DNA of 64,000 bases from the human T2T-CHM13v2.0 reference genome, Homo sapiens: the NCBI RefSeq assembly GCF_009914755.1, contig NC_060928.1; one strand, written 5' to 3'. The translations under genes were made by a program, and so were the position numbers. Positions within the stretch are counted from its first letter, which is position 1. Each line of letters begins with the position of its first letter. Under the pieces are notes generated by a model that was not told the origin of the DNA, searched no databases, and saw only the letters and a list, made by a program, of their open reading frames with translations. Positions 35,459 to 46,989 of the stretch are shown here, one piece after another.

Positions 35459-38356
35459 GTAATGACAGAGAAGCTGTTTTGTGCATGGCTCAAACATTTT
35501 CTTTTCCAGAATTAATCTTTACTCCTGTGGTGACATCTGCTGGGCACTCCCCATACATTCTTACCAAGGCCACCCTTCGGTTTTAGCATGTCAGGGCTGC
35601 TTCCTCTCTGGTCTACCTTTTCTTCCCCCCGCCCTCCACCCCCCAACCACCAAAAGCTAAAGAACAGGGAGAATTAGTGAGAAGTATACAAATGAACTTG
35701 CCCCCTTCTCCTCTGAGAAAAAAGAAGCTTTGAGTTGGTACAATACTTAACTCTCAATTAAAAGTGAGAAGATTGGTTGCTTTGATGGAAATATGATACA
35801 GTGGTTCAGGTATAGGACTAAATAGCTGTTGAGGAGTTCTAAGGCAAATAAGTATTGATTTATTTGCCTTTGATTTGAAGGGAAGTCTTACTGCTAATGT
35901 CCTTGAAGGTGCTGAGGTGGCAGTTCCAGTCGACTTACGTTAGGGAAAAGGAAGAGAGATTCTCATTTCTCTCTTTTACCTCATAAACTCTTCTTAATCC
36001 CTGTGCTATCTTTTACTTACTTTGTGATTCTGCTGGAGTGAGACATAAGAAACTTCCGTCTCAACAACAACAACAAAAAAGAGATTTCACTATCCGTATC
36101 TAGTAGATAGACTCAAATACTTTTCATAATATAGAACTCCTTATTATGAGGGAAAGGATTATACTGATACATTTGATTTCATTATTTTCCTCATAAGAGC
36201 TTTAAAATGCCATTGGGTTATTATTTAGGAGGACATTGGGAGAAACTGCATTATCGTCCTGCAAGAAACAGGAATTTATCATGTTTCTCCCCATGACCAT
36301 GAAAAGCTCAGCTGAGAACCAGATATTGAAGTATATTCCTTATTATTGGTGATGATGATAACTTAAAAGCAATTGGCCGTAGTCCTTAGAGGTTATCAGG
36401 CTTTAACAAAGTAAAATAAATACAATATTCACCTCTATGTAACCTGTATTCTTAATATTACTTGGTTCCTCACTTCCTGAAAGAAACCTAAGCTTCATTC
36501 CACAAATTATTAACCATGTGAGCTTGAACAAGTCACTTAGGCGATCTGAACAGCAATTTACTCAGCTAATTTTAATGCCTTTAAATTTTCTCTGGGAGAT
36601 TCTAAATTTCTTCAGGTTAGGGAAAAATGTTTAGGCTTTATTATCTCCTTCTCAGTGCCCAGATTAGTGCCTTCCCTTCAATAAGTATTGAGGATCAACT
36701 TCTGGTTTTGTGGCCCAGCAATGTGCCAGCTTTCGGTAGATAGTGCCTGTGGTCCCCTTGTTGTGTGTCCACCTGGGCAGGGCTGTGGACAAAGCCATGA
36801 ATTTGGTCTGCTTTTCTGAAAGAGAATGGCCATTACTCAGAAGCAGTCTTGGAGAACTGGGCCTTAAGCCCCTGCATTCTTTCGGGCTTGACTCTTGCTT
36901 CCCATGGATCAGCTTCAACTTTCACCCTCCTTTGACTTCTAAGTGAATTTTATCTGGAGCTCACATCACATTTCTCTTCCTAGGTGCTTCTAAAACTCTT
37001 CTTCATATTCTGCTCCCCAAATTTGGAACACTCCTTCTAAAATAAAATTTAAGACCTGCCTAATGTCTGATGACACAAATAATAAACGGGCGCCTCTTTT
37101 TCCTGTATTATGTTATTGTTCCTGGTTCAGTTGGTTAATTCAGTCACATCAAAACTTCAGACATTGGTTCTTTCCCACTTGGTTGCATTGGCGTGCCATT
37201 TGGGGTTTTGTTTTAAAGTTACTAGTGATGCTGATGAGAAAGTAAATCTCAAGCGCTTATGCATATGTTGAAAATGCTTTTTCCTCCTCAATTCTGATTA
37301 AGTAAAGAGGCAGGTTGTGTTTCTCTGAAATCTGTTTTCTCCTCCAGCCCTTATTTTATGTGCTTAATGAAGCTAATAATATCATGCTTATTTCGCATTT
37401 TGATGATTAATTTTCTAGTATGTTGAGACAGTTGTTTATGATTTTGTGGTTAAAGCTGAAGAATAGCTGATGTTACTTAAATCTATCATAAGTGCAGATG
37501 GGGGGAGAAAATCAGAAGTACACTGCATACACCGTGCCACTCTAACATGCAATTTTATTTTTAATTAGAACAAGAAACTTATGGCACAAAGGTATAGATC
37601 TACTTCCATATTTGCTCTTGATTATGTTTTTCATTCACCTTTTCTCTTCCCTTCTACAAGTTCTCCCATGAAAATGGGAAAGTATTTCTTTTCTGTTTTT
37701 CGTATTTTGGTGTGTACTGTTAACAATATCCAAAGTAATCATCCAACGTTTTTCTGTAGAAACATAGATTCCTTGTGCAGACATCAGTGGAGTTCATAGT
37801 TCACTGAGATCTTGTCGTTATGGTCGAAAGAACCATGTGCTGCTTACCTTATGAACAGTCCTCATTGTCTTTACAGTGCCACGTAGCAAGTTATTTGACT
37901 CAGGTGGTTAGGACATTCGTACTGAGTCGGGGGTAATGTTAACTCTACCATGTGTTACGAAGCTCTAGACATAAGAGAAATCTGGGGTCAGGCAAAATTA
38001 TGGAAACAGTGAGGTTTGCCTTTGGTGCATTTTCCTCCTCCTTCTCCTGTCCCTGTCCACATCACTTCAGCACCTGTTGTCACTCCAGTGGTGTCATGCC
38101 AGCTGCCTGTACTAGTGAAGGTCCACCGTATGCTGCCTGCAAATAGCTGTGTACAGAGCAACCACAGGGCTAGCACAATAATGTATAAAGTGTCAGTGCA
38201 ATGACTGCTCAGTAAATGGCTTGTACACCAGTCGGGGCACTGATGGGGAGGAGACTCACATGCAGCTTAAGGAGAATGTGAACGGGAGAAGGCCAAGCCC
38301 TGCCCCTTCTCTTTGGCAATGGGGGAGCCTTGATGGATCAACCCCTGACTCCCTCC

Positions 38357-38643
38357 CAGGGTCTTGCTCTGTCACCCAGGCAGGAGTGCAGTGGCGCAGT
38401 TATGGCTCACTGTGGCCTCAAACTCCTGGGCTCAAGTGATCTCACCTTAGCCTCCCAAGGAGCAGGGACCACAGGCACACACATCACCACACCTGGCTAA
38501 TTTTTAAAATCTTTAAAATATTTTTGGTAGAGACAGGGTCTCGCTATGTTGCCCAGGCTGGTCTCGAACTCATGGCCTCACATGATCGTGCTGCTTGTCC
38601 TCCCAAAGTGTCAGATTACAGGCATGAGCCACTGCACCTGGCC
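38357..38643 (-). mobile_element. AluJ lacking its poly(A) tail
   Basis: cagggtcttgctctgtcacccagg...gagccactgcacctggcc. Confidence 0.87.
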
Positions 38644-39221
38644 CAACTGCTTTCATACCAGTTGGCCACACCACTGCTCTCTTTGCTGCTCTCTCCTTCC
38701 CTGACTTACTAATGCCCTAGTCTCTGTCCAGCCTGCCCTGGGGTTCCCATTTTACTAGCGGACAGCATCTAAAACACATTGGAATAAAATGTATAGTGAT
38801 GGCATCTCAGACATCATTCACCTCAGTTTTTTTAAAGGGAACCCCCCAGGCATCTTTCCTGTCACCTACACAGGCAGTCACACGTCAGAGCTGGCCTCTC
38901 GTGGCGCCCAGAGCACTCAGCTTTTGAAGCCTCTGTGTACTTGGCCTTCACCCTTTTGTCAGGTAGCTGGGTATGCTCACTCACATTTTAAAGATGGGGG
39001 AAAGAAGTGGGTGACAGCTGAGTGCAGAGACAGGCCCAGAGACTGGTGTGCAAGGCTGCTGCTCCCACTCCGGCCTCTCACCAGTAGACCACACCTCTTT
39101 CTGGTAAGGTCAAGTTAGGAAAATCTGGACAGCATGTCAACACCAAATTTGGCTTAGGCTGTGTTTACCTTTCTCAGGAGTTTTAAGTATGTGCATACCT
39201 CTTCTATCTTTTTTTTTTTAG

Positions 39222-39464
39222 TATGGCCAACTTAAAAATTGAACTGTCAAAATTGGACAGTGAGGCCTGGCCTGGGGCACTGGATATTGAGAAGGAAAAA
39301 CTGATGCTGATTAATGAAAAAGAAGAACTTTTGAAAGAGCTTCAGTTCGTCACCCCACAGAAACGTACCCAAGATGAATTAGAACGCCTAGAAGCTGAAA
39401 GGCAGCGGCTGGAAGAAGAGTTGCTGTCTGTGAGGGGAACACCAAGCAGAGCTCTGGCCGAGAG
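39222..39464 (+). CDS. WWC2: WWC2 coding exon (exon 9, 243 nt): MANLKIELSKLDSEAWPG...LLSVRGTPSRALAE(R)
   Basis: Poly-T acceptor tttttag|, donor GAG|gtttgt; LDSEAWPG and LINEKEELLKEL are WWC signatures. Confidence 0.97.
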
Positions 39465-39692
39465 GTTTGTTTTCCTTCTGGAAATAGGGCAGCTTAACTC
39501 TTGTGGGGGTGTCTTAACTGGATACTATTTTCCCTGGGTTTGGAAATCTCAATTGCATCTGTTCTTAGTGGACTGAGAAACAGCACAAATGGACTTTCTG
39601 TAGAACAATAAAGTGCACCATCCTAATGCCCGACAGGATAAGTTCTGTGTTTTAGGAACGTGCAAAACCTGTGACAGATGTTGAATAACTAA

Positions 39693-40466
39693 GGAATGCT
39701 GACATAAAACCAGGAATGTACATCATTGATGAAGTCTGATAACAATAGCTATAAACTATTGCACTCCGATAAGAAAAATTATCTAGACTGTTAGAGCAAC
39801 TGAAGCTTCCTATTCTGGGTTTTATTACTCACAGGAATGCAAAAGTTTATTGCTAGTCATTTCACGAGGAAAAGACAGCTTCCTCCCTGTGATACCCTAA
39901 CAGGTCACAACGTACTCACTTGCATTTTGTTTGTCAGTTGCATCCCTCCCGTGAAACAGGTGAAACTGTAAAGGAAAATACTCTAGGCAATTTTCCCATC
40001 TTTCTCTGGGAAGGTGTGAGTTGATTATTCCATCTAAAAAAATCCAGTTCTGCAAAACAGATCAGCTGGAATGTTAAGTGAAGGGACCTCTGTGTGTCAG
40101 TTTGACATGAACGCATCTGCATAAGAGCCTGGGTCCAGGCCTTGATGGCAGAATGGGTTGGATACCTGTTTCAGGACAGACCAGAGAGCCGTTGAGAACG
40201 ACCGCATGTACATCCTTTAGGCCAGCCAGTAAACAGCAGTGCCTGTTTCAGGGTGATGGGAAAGAAATTCACATTGATATAATTTCAAGTGACCTGGAAG
40301 TAAGTTTAAAACACCCAGCCATAATCCAGTTGCTTCAAAAAAAAAAATTGTGGCGTCTTGCCTTCTAATTCCTTGTCCTCAATAAATGTTAGGGTTGCAT
40401 GGCTACATAATATCAAAACATTTGAAAAGCAGGGGGAGGGAGAGAGGAAGACGTCTCTGACATTCC
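39693..40466. promoter_or_regulatory. Candidate TEAD (MCAT) motif cluster
   Basis: GGAATG at 39693, 39713, 39834, 40068 and CATTCC at 40461; motif evidence only. Confidence 0.35.
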
Positions 40467-42426
40467 CAGGTAGGTGTTAGCATGGGGACTCACCCACCCC
40501 AACGTTAACCGTTTTAGGAGAGTTGACTTCTGTGGGTTAAAATGTTGATCAAGGTAACACGCAGCCTCAGTGTCATAGCTGTAGGGAACATGAAAACGTA
40601 TCAAAAGGAAAAGCCTCTGAACTATAATCTTCTGCCCTCTTAATAATTCTCATCTTTGCCTCCATTTCCCCTTCTTTTCTTCCCTTCTTGTTCTGGCTTT
40701 TCTGTCTAATTTTGCTGACCAAACGGTCAGCCTGAGGGAAGTGTCAGCCAGGCTGGCAAAGCAAGGCCCCATCTGACAAAGACCAAAAGGAACAAAAAGA
40801 GTAAGAAGGCAAGGGAGAATTAGTTTGTTTTTGTTGTTGTTGTTGCTGTTGTTTTTCTGAATTACCCTGATGTGTCTAAATTTGTATACCTAAAGTTTCT
40901 AGCTACGGATAGTCATCAGTAGCTATGATGAAATGGGTAGCTTTTATGTGGCCCATGTATAAAACAGCAATGATGTTTCATACTACTACATAGCATTTAC
41001 ATATTATAAAATTTTATATAATCATACGTGTCTAATGTGCCACGTCCATCTCAGCTGTTCTACTTTGTAGTAGGTGAATCTAGGAAGGACTTACAAACAG
41101 ATTTGTTCTGGCAGAGAAAGAAGACCTATTTGTTTGTCTTAGTTTTTATTGAGGTGGCGTCTTGCTTGCCTTTTTTATTAGGAGTAGAGCTTCCAAAAAA
41201 TGACTCATGATATAACATTAAAGATAGCAATTTGTTCCTGAGAACCTAAACTTTGACTTTTTCCTAAGTACCTAAACTTTATACTTTTGTTTGCACACAC
41301 ATAGTAACTCAAAATTCCAGTGAAATAGGAGGCTTTTTTTCCTTTTTTTTTTTTTTAACGAACAGCCCAAACCTCACCAGAGACAGTAGGCTTGAACTCA
41401 TTAGGAAGAGGAGCTATAAGATATTTATTTTAAAAATTATTTATTTAGTGAGATCCAGCCACTGGGTTTGTGTCATCTGCGGAGTAAGTGGTGTGGATAT
41501 GATACCTCCATGGCCCTGTCTCCCATGATTGGATGTTAGCAGGAAGGGAAACATGTATTTTATATATGTAGTATGTTGACTTTCTGAGTTACCTGGAAGA
41601 GCCAGGTCATTTAGTATTCCAAATAAGTGGATACTAGTTTTCTTATCAGTGTCTATGGCCAAAGGCAAATCCTCATACTTACATTGCCATCAAAGGTTGA
41701 AGGACTCAGACATTCTTGCTTGATCAGCTTAAAGCTTTCTAACTCCTATCCTGGGATGCTCAAAGTGACTCAGTAGTTCACATGTCCAGAAGAGCAGAAC
41801 CTGCTGCCATTGGGAACACTGAATCCTTTCTTTCCCAAGTAGATACAACCTCGTCTGGCTTTGGGTTTTGCTGTTGCTATTATGGTTTTGCTTTCTATTC
41901 CCCCATGCTCTGGCATTTTTTCTTATGGCTTCACCCTTTCGTGTCTTCCTCCTGTGTGTGTGGGTTTCTGCTCTGCTCATTGCTGCTGTTGCACTGTCGC
42001 CGGGAGTTTAAGAGGGAAGAGAACGCCCTTGCCAGCAGTGTCTCCTCAGTGTCAAAGCAGGGCTGGCTGGAGCTTCTTTTGGGAAGTAGGATTTGCTGTG
42101 TGAAACTCAGTTTCATCATAGAACAGATTGTGTGCCACCAACCCCAAATCCTTCCTTTTCTTCTTGGTACCTACATGACTGTCAAAGCTACCTGCCGTAT
42201 TCCCCAACATATTCCTGTTTTCCACTTATATTTGGGGTTCCCATTATTTCAGGGGTGACCTCTGGCAAGATTCCGAGTCATTGCTGAACGTTGGTGTCTG
42301 AAGGAGCTAGATGCACATGAATTTTCAGTCTCTGAGTGTGATCCTACAGCTCCCCCCCCCCGGCTCTGTTCCTGCCCCCACAGGGCTGCAGTGTCGCCCA
42401 CTGGGCCTGATGGCAGCGACTGTGCT

Positions 42427-42439
42427 CGCCACCTGGTGG
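42427..42439 (-). promoter_or_regulatory. Candidate CTCF site
   Basis: Minus strand CCACCAGGTGGCG, a close match to the CTCF core, with locally retained CpGs. Confidence 0.5.
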
Positions 42440-44069
42440 TGGGAAAGAGGTGCTCATGGTGAAGCATTGCCAGGCCTAAAGAGAAATTGCTCGCAAATGA
42501 AAAAAACCATGCAGGGAAGGTGTTTCTATGCATCTTTCGTATTCTTTCCATGCAGTTATTGAAATTCCTTAAACTCTGTGCTTTCCTATAGCTGGTAAGA
42601 TCTTAACATTGCTCCTTGTTTTATCACAAGTGTTGGGGGTTTGCCTTGTAATTGCCAAGACGTCTTAATTGTTTCTTAATTATTTGAATGTTTTTGCCAC
42701 TGCTTCTGAAAAATTTTTTAAAGCAAATAGGTGGGGGCATGAGTGTCACTTAGTTTTGAGTGGAAAAGGGACTTCCTGCTTCTATAGATGACATGAAATT
42801 TTCCCTAGGTGCAGAATTCTGAGTTCAGGAGAAACCAGGCTGTGCTTCTCTCCTGCAGGGCACTGAGGGCAGAGTCAGGCAGGTGTGAAGGCCCACACTT
42901 CACAAAGGGCAGCTTGAAAGGGGATGTGGAGCAGATGGGCCAGGGGGAGGAATCTTTTAAGGGCCAAGTAGAGGAAACCCTTTCTCATCCAGCAGACCAA
43001 CAGGCAGGAGTTGGAGAAGAACCTAGAGAGACAGGTGTGCACCCTTTTGAGAGGGCTGATGTCTGCAATTTCTTCTAACCCCTGGTTATGGGGAAGTTGG
43101 GGAGAGCATTTCACATGAAATACACGTGGATTCTGAGGAAGACTTCAGGCTTTCGCTAGGAGAGGCTTTGGTGATAACATCAGAGACAAACTGCGGCCCA
43201 CTAGGAGGGTTTCTGTGCCTCTCCCCAGTGCCTTCCTCATGCTTCTCCCAGGGAAGGTTTCATCTCAACACCAGCAAGAACGGAGGGACTGGCCAGGGCA
43301 CCCTGTGCTGCAGGGAGAAAGGGCTGATGTCTGCATTCTGGGATTGTAGGAGCTAAGTGGGAAACGTGAACAAGAACACAAAGACAGGCATCTGTGGTTC
43401 AAAGCAGACATTAAAGGGCTGGAAGAGCAGCTGCCGAGCATCACCTGGAGAAGGCTGAGGACGCTCCCTAGTGATGGAGAAGGGACAGCACTGAAAGTGT
43501 GGCTCAGGGTCACATTCTGACGTCATCCTGGTGCCTCCTGAAAGCATTAGAAAAAGGCTTCATTTTAATAAAAGCAATATTGAGTTTTAAAACTTCCTTC
43601 CGAAGTGTTTCTCTTGTTTCAGAAGACATGGATTTTAGTAGAGTTTGGGGCTTTCTTCAGACCTTTGTGCACTTTTAATTCAGTTAGTCTACTTCATATT
43701 ACTTTTTTCCTCGTTGAGTTTTTATTTATATTTGAAAGATTTTTAAAATGACCGCTGCTTTTAAAAATACACCTTTGAAAGCCATGAATTAAGAATTTAT
43801 CGCGCTTTTGAAGTATTAAAGAAAATGGCAAGAATTACTTTTTTTAGTTTAACATATAATGGAATAGTGTTGTTGACACATCAAAGGGATAGATACCTAT
43901 AAATAAAATATGGGCATGTTTCCTTACTGCCAAAAACATATATAACATTTCAAAGAGATTAGAAATTAAGGAAATTTTATTTTTCTCCAAAGAAAAGTGG
44001 CTAATTTTTATATCACCACTTTTCAGGGCATGCTGAGGCTTTGAACAAGTCAGATTTGTTTTTCTTCTC

Positions 44070-44270
44070 TGTCAAGCACTTTCTCATACATTACTCCATT
44101 GATCCCTTTAACAGCCTTACCAGGGAGACACAGGGGAATTATAGTCACCATTTTACAGATGAGAAAAGTAAGACCCTTGATTCAGCGACTTACCAAGGAT
44201 ATGCAGCTAGTAAGCTGCAAATCAAGATTAGAAACCCAGGTGCCCTTTTTCTGAATTCCATTCTGCTGCT
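44070..44270 (-). mobile_element. MIR
   Basis: ccattttacagatgagaaaagtaag..ccaagg..agctagtaag..gattagaaacccagg. Confidence 0.75.
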
Positions 44271-45095
44271 TACTGCTCTGAACTACTTTATTTCATGATG
44301 TCTAAAGACCTTCACACGACATAGACTATACTTGCACAGACTCTTAGTTGCATAAACCCCTGGGTACTTGGTATATTTTAAAATGACTTACTATTCAAGT
44401 ATACAGTTCTATAATGCTGTACTCTAAAAAAAAGAAAAACTTTTGCAGTTGAATGTGGATGAAATTTTATGATAGTCCGACGCGGATGATGAGATGTGCT
44501 GTAGCTCGGAAGGGGAATCACTTTTAGGTCATCCTCTTCCCTAAACAGTTGAGCCCAAATTAGCCCACAATGGTATTGTGGACTAAAATTGTTTCTTAAT
44601 TGCTAATTCTTATCAAATCAGGGTTGGGAATGTTATCACTAAATACTATGTTGGAACAAGCGTTACTAAATTCGGTATTTAGGGTGACCTTTACTGTTGC
44701 TGTGAAATGTTTTAGGAAAGGGTTCCCAGGTCACAGATCTGTGTCAGGATTCTAGTCTTTGGTTAGTTTTTTGTTTCCTTGGTTATTTTCCTCCTCACTC
44801 TTCTTCCCCAACTCAAAGGACCATATTACTTACCCATTTAAAAAGATTCTAGGCTACCAGCAATTTTAAATTCTCAGTGACATGGTGATGGGGCATAACG
44901 CTCCCTCCCCATCCTTCAGCTTGGCTCGTGCAGCTCTGTCCCCCACACTTCTTGCCGGTGTCCTGTTTTCTGTCTGTGGAGCCCATTCACATTTTTCCCT
45001 TGTGATCTGTAATGTTTGTACAATGAGAATCTTTCTTTCCTTTTAGTTTTCATATTTTGTTATAATCATTTGAAAATAATTTTTTTTCTTCCTAG

Positions 45096-45185
45096 ATTGA
45101 GATTGGAAGAGAGAAGAAAAGAGCTGCTACAGAAACTTGAAGAAACTACTAAATTAACTACTTATTTGCATTCACAACTTAAAAG
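45096..45185 (+). CDS. WWC2: WWC2 coding exon (exon 10, 90 nt): LRLEERRKELLQKLEETTKLTTYLHSQLK(S)
   Basis: Acceptor ttttcttcctag|, donor AAG|gtgagc; coiled coil, phase 2-2. Confidence 0.96.
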
Positions 45186-45874
45186 GTGAGCTTATCAGAT
45201 TTTTGAGGGGAAAGCTTTTCTCCAAATAGCATGTTCTTGTTCATCTTTGATTACTTTTCACTTTATTTCCAACTACTTTAAATAAAATCATTATAGTAGC
45301 ACAGTTACTGTTTGAATGATCAGATTTAAAGTCACATTTTCTTTTGCATGAACCCAGTGTCATATTTGGAATACATTTGAAATATGTTATAGAAAGAAGA
45401 TATGTTTTAGCTGTCAGTACATTTAGGAAAATAACGCATTTTTCCCATTGCCCCATTTTTTAAAAAGGGAAAGTGGAGGAGCTTTGCCTTAAAATAGCCA
45501 TAGATTTCCTTACATTGATGAGAAAAATACTCACTCCTCACATTCACACACAAAGAGGAAACGTGAGCGAACCCAAGGGTCTTTTGTGTGACTTCTTTCT
45601 TTTTATAAGCTTGCCTTCTTTTCTCTAAAAATAAAAAGCTTTTTTTTTAATAAAAAACTACATTAACGCTTTTGCCCTGTTTTTTCTTGCTTTCAATATT
45701 TTTTAATGGCAAAGTGGCTTCTAGATGTCTATGCAAATAAACTTATCAACAGGTATTTGATTCCTTTTATTTTTGCAAAAGGAGGATAATGTTTAATAAG
45801 AATAGATTTGCTACTTAAAGAGTATTTGGAGAGCAAGGCTGAAAAGGTTAACGAAGAAGCATAGACATGGTATA

Positions 45875-46219
45875 CAGTTAGGTGCCACATGATGACTTTT
45901 TGGTCAAGGGCAGACTGCATATATGATGGTGGTCCCGTAAGATTGTAATACTGTATTTTTACTGTGCTTTTTCTAGTTTAGCTATGTTTAGATACACAAA
46001 TACTACCATTGTGTTATAATTGCCTACAGTATTCAGAACAGCAACTGCTGTGCAGGTTCGTAGCCTGGGAGCAATAGGCTATACCACATAGCTTGGGTGT
46101 GCAGTAGGCTGTACCGTCTAGGTTTGTGTAAGTACACTCTGTGATGTTTGCACAGTGATGAAATCACCTAACCATGCATTTCTCAGAACTAGACCAGGTC
46201 GTTAACTGACACACGGCCG
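45875..46219 (+). mobile_element. Tigger3a (MER7A) DNA transposon
   Basis: TA|cagtta..gatggtggtcccgtaagatt..ctaggtttgtgtaagtacactct..acacggccg|TA. Confidence 0.9.
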
Positions 46220-46366
46220 TAATATAGGGAGTTCCTCTGTCCCTGGCCATTGATTCCATTCTTTAGCAGGTTTCTTCCCTCTGCAGATCTGAAGGAGCCA
46301 GTAGGGATTGTGATTAGGTTTTCCATTTTGTAACAGATTTTATGGTGTGTGCTTTTTGTCTTTCAG

Positions 46367-46989
46367 CCTCTCTGCCAGCACCCTGTCCATGTCATCTGGG
46401 AGCAGCCTGGGTTCCCTGGCATCGAGTCGGGGCTCTCTGAACACCTCCAGCAGAGGGTCACTCAACTCCCTCAGTTCCACCGAACTCTATTACAGCAGTC
46501 AAAGTGATCAGATAGATGTGGATTATCAGTATAAACTGGACTTCCTTCTGCAAGAGAAAAGCGGTTACATTCCTTCTGGACCCATCACCACCATCCATGA
46601 AAACGAGGTGGTCAAGTCCCCTAGCCAGCCTGGCCAGAGTGGACTCTGTGGAGTGGCAGCTGCAGCAACAGGCCACACTCCTCCACTGGCTGAGGCCCCG
46701 AAGTCTGTGGCCTCCCTGTCCTCGAGGTCCTCCCTTTCCTCCTTGTCTCCTCCAGGCTCTCCCTTGGTTTTGGAAGGCACGTTTCCCATGTCTTCTTCTC
46801 ATGATGCCTCTCTCCATCAGTTCACTGCTGACTTTGAAGACTGTGAGTTGAGTAGCCATTTTGCAGATATCAGCCTCATCGAAAATCAGATTTTGCTGGA
46901 TTCTGATTCAGGAGGAGCCTCCCAGTCTCTTTCAGAGGATAAAGACCTTAATGAATGTGCTAGGGAGCCATTATATGAAGGAACTGCAG
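46367..46989 (+). CDS. WWC2: WWC2 coding exon (exon 11, 623 nt): Ser-rich region [13 protein letters not shown]...EPLYEGTA
   Basis: Acceptor ttgtctttcag|, donor CAG|gtaaat; lies in ORF 46347-47027; SSRGSL repeats and ITTIHENEV motif typical of WWC proteins. Confidence 0.97.

Noticed and set aside
38341-38643. Exonisation of the antisense AluJ via ccctcccag|
   Set aside because: Acceptor is plausible but the usual Alu donor positions read GC (cag|gcacac, cag|gcatga) with poor context.
41782-42258. 158-aa ORF, the longest ORF outside exons and L1
   Set aside because: F/C/L/S-rich composition follows from the A-poor tract (few stop codons; neighbouring frames also open); no recognisable domain.
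44470-44560. CpG cluster with ATGATGA as a possible C/D snoRNA or cryptic exon
   Set aside because: No box D CTGA at a suitable distance and no terminal stem; all frames after the nearby AG (44447-44448) hit early stops.
46458-46859. 133-aa antisense ORF and 111-aa alternative-frame ORF over exon 11
   Set aside because: Shadow ORFs of a GC-richer coding exon; no independent signals.
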